In this document: piece by piece, positions 27,066 through 35,418 of the stretch
How positions within the stretch are numbered: position 1 is the first letter of the stretch
How the letters are laid out: every line of letters begins with the position of its first letter
NCBI GenBank assembly: GCA_018304385.1
Contig: JAGVWJ010000002.1
Location: 1 to 43,830, forward strand
DNA from: Candidatus Micrarchaeota archaeon
GTDB taxonomy: Archaea > Micrarchaeota > Micrarchaeia > Anstonellales > Bilamarchaeaceae
Direction of reading: 5' to 3'
Length of the DNA stretch: 43,830 bases
Position numbers and translations under genes: made by a program
The notes under the pieces: generated by a model
The model's input: only the letters and a program-made list of their open reading frames with translations
Database searches by the model: none
Told to the model about the DNA's origin: nothing

Positions 27066-27638
27066 CTATTTACTATTCTTTAACAAATCATAAAACTTGC
27101 TTGCATTGAGCCATTCGCAACCTATTTTATCTGCAAATTTAAGCACGCCTTCATCACTGCTAACAAGCGTTGCCTCTAATTCCTTTGCCAAAAGCAATAG
27201 ATCAAAATCCTCCTTGCTATCTACTAAGCCAGTGCGCACTGCATCTCTATACTTATCACGCAAGCGCTTAAGCTTTTCATCATTTTCTGGTCGATTATCT
27301 TGTGCAAATTCTTCTGCTAGGCGCAGGCCTTTGTTTATTCGATGACGAACATCTTCGATAAAATCATTAAGCACTGCTGCTGGCAGATATAATGCATATG
27401 TGTTTGGGGCACGCTTTTTAACATATAGATCAAGCTGGTGCGCTTCTTTTTCTCCAATAAAATTTCTAAGTTCCTTGGATATGCTTGGCGGAATGAAAAA
27501 ATCTCCTCCACTTCGTTTCTTAATCAGTTTAACAAATCCTCTAACTGCTGCACTAGGGTCTTTACCAAAGTTCTCACGTGCGTGTGGATTAACAAATAAA
27601 GAGGTGTCTATTACGAATCTTCTGGGGGGTATTGCCAT
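27066..27638 (-). CDS. RNA-free RNase P (HARP, PIN-like; 'RNA ligase partner' family)
   Basis: FVIDTSLF.NP, F.IPPSI..EL, IED.R.RINKGLRLAE, LR.KYR.A.R.G.VDSKED.D..LLA.EL.A.LVS.DEG. Confidence 0.92.
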   Translation of the reverse strand: MAIPPRRFVIDTSLFVNPHARENFGKDPSAAVRGFVKLIKKRSGGDFFIPPSISKELRNFIGEKEAHQLDLYVKKRAPNTYALYLPAAVLNDFIEDVRHRINKGLRLAEEFAQDNRPENDEKLKRLRDKYRDAVRTGLVDSKEDFDLLLLAKELEATLVSSDEGVLKFADKIGCEWLNASKFYDLLKNSK

Positions 27639-27671
27639 ATTTTAGATTAAAAAGAGAAAACTTAAAAGCAT

Positions 27672-27734
27672 TAGTTATTGGTTATTGGTCACATATCAAA
27701 TACCAATTACTAATTACCAACTACCAAAGACCAA
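27672..27734. repeat. Palindromic heptamer tract (9 units, GT/AC variant)
   Basis: tagttat tggttat tggtcac atatcaa ataccaa ttactaa ttaccaa ctaccaa agaccaa. Confidence 0.85.
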
Positions 27735-27737
27735 GTA

Positions 27738-28838
27738 CTATAAAAACTTAACCAACCCTCTTCCAATCTCTGGTATGTTCCCACCAAACAGGTTAGATGT
27801 GGAAAGCACGAAAGTAAGCACTAATACCATGGCAACCAAAGGTATGAAGCATATGGTAATGGTAATATGCCTAAGTACGCCTGTCAAACTAGAGTCAGTA
27901 GATATATTAAATGGCGAGGTTGGATCAATTCCTAAGAAATCTTTTATCTTGCTTCTATGAAGACTCATCCAGGATTTTATCTCAAACATCTTGCCAGCTG
28001 TTGTAAACCCACAATATTGCATGTCACCTAGATTTGGTAAGGTGCAAACAACATTAGAAGTAAATCCAGGACCTGATTCGTAAGTTACTGCGCCAACATT
28101 CCCGCCAGTATCCATGATTGCTGGTTTTACATAAGGTAATGTCATACTGGTTGCAAGAATGTATGTCATTGGAAATACCAGATACATACCAATTGCAAAT
28201 GCGATTATATATGCGCCTGCACCGCGTGTAGGAGGAAATGCGCGTAGCACTACGCCAACACCAACAAAAAATAACGCATAATGATTAATGAAATTCAGTA
28301 TATGCACTATAACATAATAAGAAAATACGAAAAATTGCAATGCCTGCGTTGCATTATTTATACGCTCTACTAATATTTTAAAACCAAATCCGCTAGCATG
28401 CTCGCTCATAAATATTTCTAGATAAACAGATGCTATTGCCTCAGAAGGTATGCTTATTACATATAGCATATTAATTATTTTTCTGCTACAGGTAATTGCT
28501 GGCTCCATGTACAATTTTGTAATATCAATAAGCGTTGCAGGTTGACCACCTGCAGTAACAAGCGTGCCTGGCAAAGGAATACCATATGATGCGCTAAACA
28601 TTTCGCTTGCAATGCCAACGAGCATATTTTCTCCGCCTTTCACAACGCCAATTATTACTAATACCAAGAAAACAGTAGATGCTGCATAAACAATTTCTAC
28701 TTTAGCAACCTGCTGGAATTGCGGGAATTGGAATACTTTGGAAAACATTAGTAATAGCACTGAAGCAAATACACTAATCAATGCTGCAAGGATTGCAAAT
28801 GATTCCCAACCTACAAACACAGTTTCATGACCAGCCAT
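27738..28838 (-). CDS. Multi-pass membrane protein, paralog 6 of 6 (VirB6/CedA-like by inference)
   Basis: AK.E motif after TM1; G..LRAFPPTRGAGAYIIA...FP; C-terminal GGNIPEI..L. Confidence 0.8.
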   Translation of the reverse strand: MAGHETVFVGWESFAILAALISVFASVLLLMFSKVFQFPQFQQVAKVEIVYAASTVFLVLVIIGVVKGGENMLVGIASEMFSASYGIPLPGTLVTAGGQPATLIDITKLYMEPAITCSRKIINMLYVISIPSEAIASVYLEIFMSEHASGFGFKILVERINNATQALQFFVFSYYVIVHILNFINHYALFFVGVGVVLRAFPPTRGAGAYIIAFAIGMYLVFPMTYILATSMTLPYVKPAIMDTGGNVGAVTYESGPGFTSNVVCTLPNLGDMQYCGFTTAGKMFEIKSWMSLHRSKIKDFLGIDPTSPFNISTDSSLTGVLRHITITICFIPLVAMVLVLTFVLSTSNLFGGNIPEIGRGLVKFL

Positions 28839-28839
28839 C

Positions 28840-29982
28840 TTAGATCATCCTAGTTAACGTAGTAATATCAACTTCTTCTCCTAGTGATTTGCTCATATAT
28901 TTTACAGCTTGTACAAGTACTAAAACATTTAATGCTGGCAACAGATAACCAACAGCAAACGCAATGCCAACAACAGTAAGTGGCACAAAGAATGCTACGG
29001 CAAATAATGTGCCAAAGAAATTTTGGAATATTTCACCAAGTTTTACAAGATTACCAATTGTAAGATTCCATAATATGTCTACAAAACTTTCTACTTGTTT
29101 TTCAGTTGAAAGAGATGGTGCTACTGATGGAGTTGCTGGAGTTCCTGCTGAAGGCGGAGTGCTAGGTGTTGGGTCTGGACAACCTGGAAGATAATCACCA
29201 AATTCAGCGCATGCAACATCTTTAACAGCATCATCCATACCTCTAATTGGACTATCTGGACTTAGGACTATCTGAGCATTTATTATTGTTACAAATGGAA
29301 CGATAAATAAAAACCCAAGGCCAATGGCAATTAATGCACCACCCAAACGACGCGTTGGCGTAAATGATCTTAACACTAAACCAAGCGGGATATAAAATTT
29401 CAAGAACCCAACAACAGCAAATTCAAATACAATGCGCTGTGCAGTATTAATGATATATGCAATTGTTAATGCAGAATTAATATTGTAGATTATCTGCTTT
29501 AAAGGAGCTGCAAAACCAGCAAGCGGCGCAGCAACAATACCAACACCAAGCGGACGCGAATATGGCGTTGCTGATGCGAGATTGTCTGTCCATACGCCAA
29601 ATAAATAATCTGTTTCCATCCAACCAATAATCATATCCCCTACCTCAATGTAATATTGCTGGGTAGCCTTGTATATTTTATCATCAGGATGATGACCATG
29701 CGGAAATATAGAGCCAACTGTTAATGAATTCATCATAGCCACAGCAGATATAATGAAAACAACCAATATTGCACTCATTATTAATTCGAATAATTCTAGC
29801 TTGACAAAACCTATAGTACCTTGGTTTCTAAGTATGACGCCAATCAAATAGATGAATGTTAAAAGCATAAGTGAGGTAATTAGCGCTGCAGCTAATGCTG
29901 CTGTCCAATCTGGGAATAGCGCTGCAAAATCACCGCCGCGATCAATGAATCCCTGAATATCAAATATGTGTGATGTCATCAA
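28840..29982 (-). CDS. Multi-pass membrane protein, paralog 5 of 6
   Basis: VKLELFE; PLGLVLRSFTPTRRLGGALIA; LLPALN...GEEVDI..LTRMI. Confidence 0.8.
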   Translation of the reverse strand: MMTSHIFDIQGFIDRGGDFAALFPDWTAALAAALITSLMLLTFIYLIGVILRNQGTIGFVKLELFELIMSAILVVFIISAVAMMNSLTVGSIFPHGHHPDDKIYKATQQYYIEVGDMIIGWMETDYLFGVWTDNLASATPYSRPLGVGIVAAPLAGFAAPLKQIIYNINSALTIAYIINTAQRIVFEFAVVGFLKFYIPLGLVLRSFTPTRRLGGALIAIGLGFLFIVPFVTIINAQIVLSPDSPIRGMDDAVKDVACAEFGDYLPGCPDPTPSTPPSAGTPATPSVAPSLSTEKQVESFVDILWNLTIGNLVKLGEIFQNFFGTLFAVAFFVPLTVVGIAFAVGYLLPALNVLVLVQAVKYMSKSLGEEVDITTLTRMI

Positions 29983-31241
29983 ATCAACCTGACGAATGCA
30001 AAGAAATTAATATCAACATTAAAGAATCGCGCAGTTTCTCGCGCGCTTGTAAGTGTTATGAAAATATTAATTAGTGGCAATATTAGACTCATAATAACAA
30101 TGAAAAATACTGATGCTTTTATAAGTTCAAAGGCTACGCTAAGTGCACCTGTTAAGAAAAACGGTATGAATACACCTCCCATAAACAATAGAAGCACCCA
30201 AAATATGCCGAAAATGCCAAGCCCACCGTAATCCCTTACAAAATTAACAATTGGCGAGTTTGGATCTACTGCGCCACAATAATCACTAATGCCATTACCA
30301 AAGCTAGAAAGCCCGCCATATACGTTACATCCCATTAGCTTATAGATTTCATAATTAACTATAAACATAAATGGATAGAATAAAGAAAATGAAAATACTA
30401 ATGCGATAAATGCATCTCCTGCACCGCGTATTGGCGGTATTGAACGCATAAGCATTCCTATTGGGATAAATATTGAGAATGTCCATTTTTTTATCATGCA
30501 CATTGTTGTTATATGCACAACCCATTCGCCTATGCCAACGCTTAGGAATTGCATGGAAAATCCAAGAATATCTATCAATGGTTTTAATACTGGGCCAAGA
30601 TTAAAGGAAAACATAGCGCGCCATGTTACGCCAAACCACATTGTTGCAGAGAATAATGTATGTATAACCATATTATAAGATATTAAAAGGAAAAAATTAG
30701 TTGTCATATCTTTAACTAATAATTCAGAAAACACAATTGATGCATCTATATAGGTTGGTGCCTGCATATAAACAACATCAGTAGTACCTGCTGGTATATT
30801 CATTGAATACCATTGAGTAGCAGCGCTCATTACTACTATAATAAAGGTAACCCTAAGAAATGTTATGCCAATTTGGAAAAATTCCTCTTTAGCAATGGCA
30901 ATTATATTAGGAGATTGTAAAAATATACCAAACAAATAAACTAGCGTATAAATCATTACAAGTATAAATAAAACTAGCCCTATAGGTGCCAACCATTCTG
31001 ATTTAGCAAAATCAAGCCAACCACCTGGAGGATCGCACGTGCCTGCACCTATCCATCCAAAAACAGACTGGAATGCAGCATTCACTTTAGTTGTTGAGCT
31101 TCGTATAAACTCGCAGGTACTATCGTGTACTACATTGCCTTCTGCATCTATATTTTCACAATCATGGTTTGTTGCATTGCTGACTGGTACGACTAACAAA
31201 AACGCAAGCATGAAAACGAACAACAACATTTTATATTTCAT
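29979..31241 (-). CDS. Multi-pass membrane protein, paralog 4 of 6
   Basis: AKEEFFQ; PIGMLMRSIPPIRGAGDAFIA...FYP; ILPLIN; start moved from 31289 to MKYK at 31241 because the extension is repeat-derived. Confidence 0.8.
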   Translation of the reverse strand: MKYKMLLFVFMLAFLLVVPVSNATNHDCENIDAEGNVVHDSTCEFIRSSTTKVNAAFQSVFGWIGAGTCDPPGGWLDFAKSEWLAPIGLVLFILVMIYTLVYLFGIFLQSPNIIAIAKEEFFQIGITFLRVTFIIVVMSAATQWYSMNIPAGTTDVVYMQAPTYIDASIVFSELLVKDMTTNFFLLISYNMVIHTLFSATMWFGVTWRAMFSFNLGPVLKPLIDILGFSMQFLSVGIGEWVVHITTMCMIKKWTFSIFIPIGMLMRSIPPIRGAGDAFIALVFSFSLFYPFMFIVNYEIYKLMGCNVYGGLSSFGNGISDYCGAVDPNSPIVNFVRDYGGLGIFGIFWVLLLFMGGVFIPFFLTGALSVAFELIKASVFFIVIMSLILPLINIFITLTSARETARFFNVDINFFAFVRLI

Positions 31242-31264
31242 ATGTATTTCCTGCCTTGGGCCCC

Positions 31265-31316
31265 GAGCAATGAGCAAACGTTGGCTCATGGCTCATTGCG
31301 CACTGCTCATTGCTAT
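31265..31316. repeat. Palindromic heptamer tract (GAGC/GCTC variant)
   Basis: gagcaat gagcaaa ... tggctca tggctca ttgcgca ctgctca ttgctat. Confidence 0.8.
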
Positions 31317-32698
31317 ATTAAATGTGTCAACCCAGCTATTTCTATATCCCCTCCAAGCACCATAGATAAACTTCTTATAGCTGCAATGGATGCTAGTATG
31401 CCAAGTAAACCAAAGAATATTGAAAAGAATGCATATCTGGCAAGCATGTCAAAAATGCCACCATTATCAAATGCACTTCCTGGGAATGGATCATACCATT
31501 TACTTGAACTAATGTTTTGGAACCATTTCATTCCAACATCATAATTATCCTTAAATGCCCTGAGCGCTTGATCACGATCAGTAACTCGATTGCCTGTATT
31601 AAAGTTATACGCGCTATCTTCACCACTTGGACGCAGCAACTCACCATCCTCTAAACTCTTTTTATGATCTCCCCCACCCTCTGATTTAATATAAACATCT
31701 AGTTTTCTATATTCTTCTGCTTCTTTGCCTAAATCCAGTTTCGATCCAAGAATTGTGATATTACCACTCGCATATATGTAGTGGGCTATTTTTGGATCCA
31801 GGTCATCTGCTGTACGTAGCTCATCTTTAATGTGCTTTATTATAATGCCAGGAAATACATAAAACATAGGGAATATAAAAAATAATACAAGTGCTATTGC
31901 CATTAAAAGACCGCCTAATTTTCTGGTAAATACAAATGTTCGCATGATTATGCCTAGTATAAATAAGCCAGGAAACAATGCCTGACTTATAAAGCTGATT
32001 AGTACTTCTTGGAATTTTAATAATGTCATTATCTTTATTGCTGTTTCAAAAATAAATGTCTTCATTAAATTGCCAAGCACCACAAATCCACGCCATGGCG
32101 TAAGTGTAAAGAAACCTGCCTTTTCAAAAACAAATTCAATATTTATTGCAAAATCCGCTAATGTTGAACTAAGGAGCGAACTAAGATAAACATGAAAATT
32201 AAAATCATCCAATTCACCAAATAATGTATTAAGAAAATACATAGCAACCCTTATGTGGCAATATGGGATACCTTCTTTTTTTACTGGGTCCCAATAATAA
32301 GGAGAATTAGGATTATCTGCTAGGAATGTACCAGTCTCTTTACAAAGATCAACAGGCTCGTAGCTATAATCTAAAAATGTCCTTCCAAGCGCAGCACTTC
32401 CAACAAGGTTTCTGCCAACAGGATAGTATACCGAAAATTCTCCATTAGTATCAACTACAAGCGATTTAACAAGACTATTTCCAGTGTTAACTGTAAACAT
32501 AACAAATGCAATTATAACGGCAGAATAAAATATTTCAACAAAACCAGTTTTTGCAGCGCCTTTTATTTTATCATTTTGTATAAATATTCCAAGAAGATAA
32601 ACAACAATGTTAACAAATACTGCTATAAGTATAAGTAATCCCATAATAGGCATCCAATAATTTAACAACGCATCATCAAATATTAAACCCATATTCAT
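31313..32698 (-). CDS. Multi-pass membrane protein, paralog 3 of 6
   Basis: AKTGFVE; LGIIMRTFVFTRKLGGLLMA...IFP; GGDIEIAGLTHLI; start moved from 32722 to 32698 (AGGAG RBS). Confidence 0.8.
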   Translation of the reverse strand: MNMGLIFDDALLNYWMPIMGLLILIAVFVNIVVYLLGIFIQNDKIKGAAKTGFVEIFYSAVIIAFVMFTVNTGNSLVKSLVVDTNGEFSVYYPVGRNLVGSAALGRTFLDYSYEPVDLCKETGTFLADNPNSPYYWDPVKKEGIPYCHIRVAMYFLNTLFGELDDFNFHVYLSSLLSSTLADFAINIEFVFEKAGFFTLTPWRGFVVLGNLMKTFIFETAIKIMTLLKFQEVLISFISQALFPGLFILGIIMRTFVFTRKLGGLLMAIALVLFFIFPMFYVFPGIIIKHIKDELRTADDLDPKIAHYIYASGNITILGSKLDLGKEAEEYRKLDVYIKSEGGGDHKKSLEDGELLRPSGEDSAYNFNTGNRVTDRDQALRAFKDNYDVGMKWFQNISSSKWYDPFPGSAFDNGGIFDMLARYAFFSIFFGLLGILASIAAIRSLSMVLGGDIEIAGLTHLI

Positions 32699-32701
32699 CT
32701 C

Positions 32702-32778
32702 CTGCTTTTGGCTTTTGGCCATTAGCTAGTAGCTACGAGCCAACAGCCAAAGGCTAAGAGCCAATTGCTCATTGCCAA
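32702..32778. repeat. Palindromic heptamer tract (11 units)
   Basis: ctgcttt tggcttt tggccat tagctag tagctac gagccaa cagccaa aggctaa gagccaa ttgctca ttgccaa. Confidence 0.88.
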
Positions 32779-32779
32779 A

Positions 32780-33799
32780 TCATATTTTCATAAGCACGAA
32801 TTTTATAAACGTATTAATGAATGAAAACGTAATAGTTAGCGATAGCGCAGGCAAGAAAAGTGCAGCAAGTGACAGCGTTGCAAGGCTATCTAATATAGGC
32901 TCGAACATTATTGGTGTTAACATGTTAATGCCTAGCTCTGAGAATATTAGTCTAAATAGCTGCCCAAATACAGGAACCTTTCCAATGCCAAAAGGAAACG
33001 AAACTAATGGGCTTCCAATAAAACCAAATATGAAATAATTAGAGCTGCAAAATGTTGATAGCTGATAACCTTGCCGCACGTATCCCTGATAGTTCATTGA
33101 CTCTAAGATCTTTTCATTTATCACATAAGTGAGCGGAAATACTGCCTGAAACCCAATTGCAAACGCAATAAGGAAGATACCAGCATCACGGGTTGGGGGA
33201 AAGAACCTAAGGGCATCACGAGTTGGTGGAAAGAACCTAAGGATAATGCCTGCAGGTAAGAAGAACCTTACCATTGTGACGTCAATAAGTTGAAATATTA
33301 CTAACTGAGCATTAAGGCTGCCAAATGCTGCTGTTAACCCAAAACCAAGCACATTCGTAACGCCAACAAACGTATCCATGCCTGGAAATATTTTATATGT
33401 AAGTGTTAAAACAAATTCGCCTATTCTTCTGGTAAGTGTACTTAGGACAGATACGCATATCTGAACCAAATACACATCGTTTATTCCTTTCAGTGTATCA
33501 CTAAGTGTGGATTTTAAAAAATTAGAGCCAGCCTCAATAGCACTAGTAGCACCTCCGCCTGCCATACCCGCAGCAATTAAATTTGCAGCAGTAAAGAAAC
33601 CAATAGCAAATAGCAGAATGAAGAATGAGGCAAAAAATTCTGAAAGCTCAACATTAAACCAAACCTCTAAGCTTTGTAGTTTAAGAACTTTAGATGCAAG
33701 ATACGTAAGTATAATTAAGCCAAGAATAACACTACTCACAAGCATAATAACGAAAAGATAAATGCTTACTGCATCTTGTGCGCCAGTCATAATCATCAC
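32780..33799 (-). CDS. Multi-pass membrane protein, paralog 2 of 6
   Basis: VELSE; PAGIILRFFPPTRDA(LRFFPPTRDA)GIFLIA...VFP; FLPALS. Confidence 0.8.
   Translation of the reverse strand: MMIMTGAQDAVSIYLFVIMLVSSVILGLIILTYLASKVLKLQSLEVWFNVELSEFFASFFILLFAIGFFTAANLIAAGMAGGGATSAIEAGSNFLKSTLSDTLKGINDVYLVQICVSVLSTLTRRIGEFVLTLTYKIFPGMDTFVGVTNVLGFGLTAAFGSLNAQLVIFQLIDVTMVRFFLPAGIILRFFPPTRDALRFFPPTRDAGIFLIAFAIGFQAVFPLTYVINEKILESMNYQGYVRQGYQLSTFCSSNYFIFGFIGSPLVSFPFGIGKVPVFGQLFRLIFSELGINMLTPIMFEPILDSLATLSLAALFLPALSLTITFSFINTFIKFVLMKI
33183..33242. repeat. 30-bp in-frame tandem duplication
   Basis: gcatcacgggttgggggaaagaacctaagg / gcatcacgagttggtggaaagaacctaagg; both differences are synonymous. Confidence 0.92.
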
Positions 33800-35391
33800 A
33801 CTAATTTCGTCAAGCCCATTATTTCAACCTCGCCACCTATTAACTCAGATATATTTCTATACATTGTAATGGTAATAATAATCTCAATTACTGATGTGAT
33901 AGTAACCAATATGATAAACTGGGATATTGCAACAACCTCTTCTATTATAAACTTATAAAGACCGCCTGAAGAACCTAAAGGTATCCCCTTACCCAGATTC
34001 ATAAGCCAGTCGCCAGAAAATGTCATCATTGTTATCCAGATGTTAACTACAGTACCTACGAAACTTACTATAGCACTTGCAGTGCCAGTTATCACATTCC
34101 AAACGCTGCATAAAAATCTAGGAAGATAATTGCATTTATCAACTTGTGTCCTTTGTATAATGTCTTTATCTTTTTGGAAATGATCTAAGAAATGACTCGA
34201 TTCTTCTTTTGCCTCGTCCTGCATATGCCTAAGCTTGTCTGCTCTTTGCGCATCTGTTAACCCGGGATCATTGTAAAAGCTAATTGCATCCTCATTTGGC
34301 GTAAATAAAAACAGCGCTGGCTTGAATATATCAAAAACAAGATAATTGGAAAACATAATAGATAAAGGATAGATAAAATAAACAACAATGCATATAGCAA
34401 TAAGGCTCGAACCTGTTGCCCTAAACCAAGGAAACGCACGCATAATTAGACCAAATGGCAATAGTATTGTTGGTATTGCATCCCTTGCAAATATTACAAT
34501 AAACTCTTTTGCCCAGATAACTGACATGAGATAGCCAATTGCCTCTACTACCACAGTATGCGCATTAGCTAATAGTATCAAACCATCAAAAGGCATTAAT
34601 GAGAATGAAATAATATTTACTGCTGGAAATGGCGAGCCAATGGGAAAAGAAACTGTTGATAAAAATCCAATGAGTACCTCAAAAAGGTATAAACTAGTAT
34701 AGTGTGTTCTTAGCTTTACAAAAAATATTTCTAGCGAACCATATGCAACGTCCAGATGTGATGTTAAATAGGTATATCCAGCCTGTGTTTGTGTTGTTGT
34801 AGGGATATTCAAACCTGGCGTAGATTGCGCAATTATACCAGTAGATATATCTGTAAACAACTGAGTAATTGTAACCCAGGAAATTAGGATAACTATGCTC
34901 ATAATTAATACGCCAAGCTCTTCTTTTGCTGCTAGCTGCAATGGCGGATGTTGAAGTACCTGACCTGGCAAATAGAATAAAACAACCCATATAACCCCAA
35001 ATAAAAGCGCAACAATTATATGTTTAAAATAAGGTGGTGGAAACTTACCTGTAAGCAGATTTACTATGTTCTGCTCTGTGAATACAACATAAATAATAAT
35101 TGCGATAAATGCTGCGATTGCAAGGTTTTCTGCCCAGATTGTTGCTTTTGCGCGCGTTTCTGCACCAAAAGACTGACCTAGCGTGTATAACACGGCTGCA
35201 GATAGTATAAGAAGCATTATTGATGGACCTAAGAAACTACGAAAAGTATGCATCGTATTGCACATATCTTGTGAGATAGTACCTGGCGCGTATATACCGC
35301 ATTCGGAATATTGGGCAAAACTAGTACCGATTATTAGCAAAAACACTACTAGTATTAATAGCGGTTTTATACCCATAAATATATTGCACAT
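33796..35391 (-). CDS. Multi-pass membrane protein, paralog 1 of 6, with an extra N-terminal VirB2/TrbC-pilin-like hairpin
   Basis: Signal peptide (..SFA|QY), two-helix module (LILSAAVLYTLGQSFGAETRAKATIWAENLAIAAFIAII), AAKEEL, PFGLIMRAFPWFRATGSSLIA...IYP, GGEVEIMGLTKLV. Confidence 0.78.
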   Translation of the reverse strand: MCNIFMGIKPLLILVVFLLIIGTSFAQYSECGIYAPGTISQDMCNTMHTFRSFLGPSIMLLILSAAVLYTLGQSFGAETRAKATIWAENLAIAAFIAIIIYVVFTEQNIVNLLTGKFPPPYFKHIIVALLFGVIWVVLFYLPGQVLQHPPLQLAAKEELGVLIMSIVILISWVTITQLFTDISTGIIAQSTPGLNIPTTTQTQAGYTYLTSHLDVAYGSLEIFFVKLRTHYTSLYLFEVLIGFLSTVSFPIGSPFPAVNIISFSLMPFDGLILLANAHTVVVEAIGYLMSVIWAKEFIVIFARDAIPTILLPFGLIMRAFPWFRATGSSLIAICIVVYFIYPLSIMFSNYLVFDIFKPALFLFTPNEDAISFYNDPGLTDAQRADKLRHMQDEAKEESSHFLDHFQKDKDIIQRTQVDKCNYLPRFLCSVWNVITGTASAIVSFVGTVVNIWITMMTFSGDWLMNLGKGIPLGSSGGLYKFIIEEVVAISQFIILVTITSVIEIIITITMYRNISELIGGEVEIMGLTKLV

Positions 35392-35418
35392 GTTAAGTTT
35401 TTATAGGTAAGTTTCTAT

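Noticed and set aside
27685-27960. 91-aa ORF MVTYQIPITNYQLPK...
   Set aside because: Its start is a translation of the heptamer tract and the rest is antisense to paralog 6.
31242-31289. N-terminal extension MSQRLLIARGPRQEIH of paralog 4 (and MAKSQKQE of paralog 3)
   Set aside because: The ATGs come from the heptamer tracts; downstream ATGs have good RBSs.
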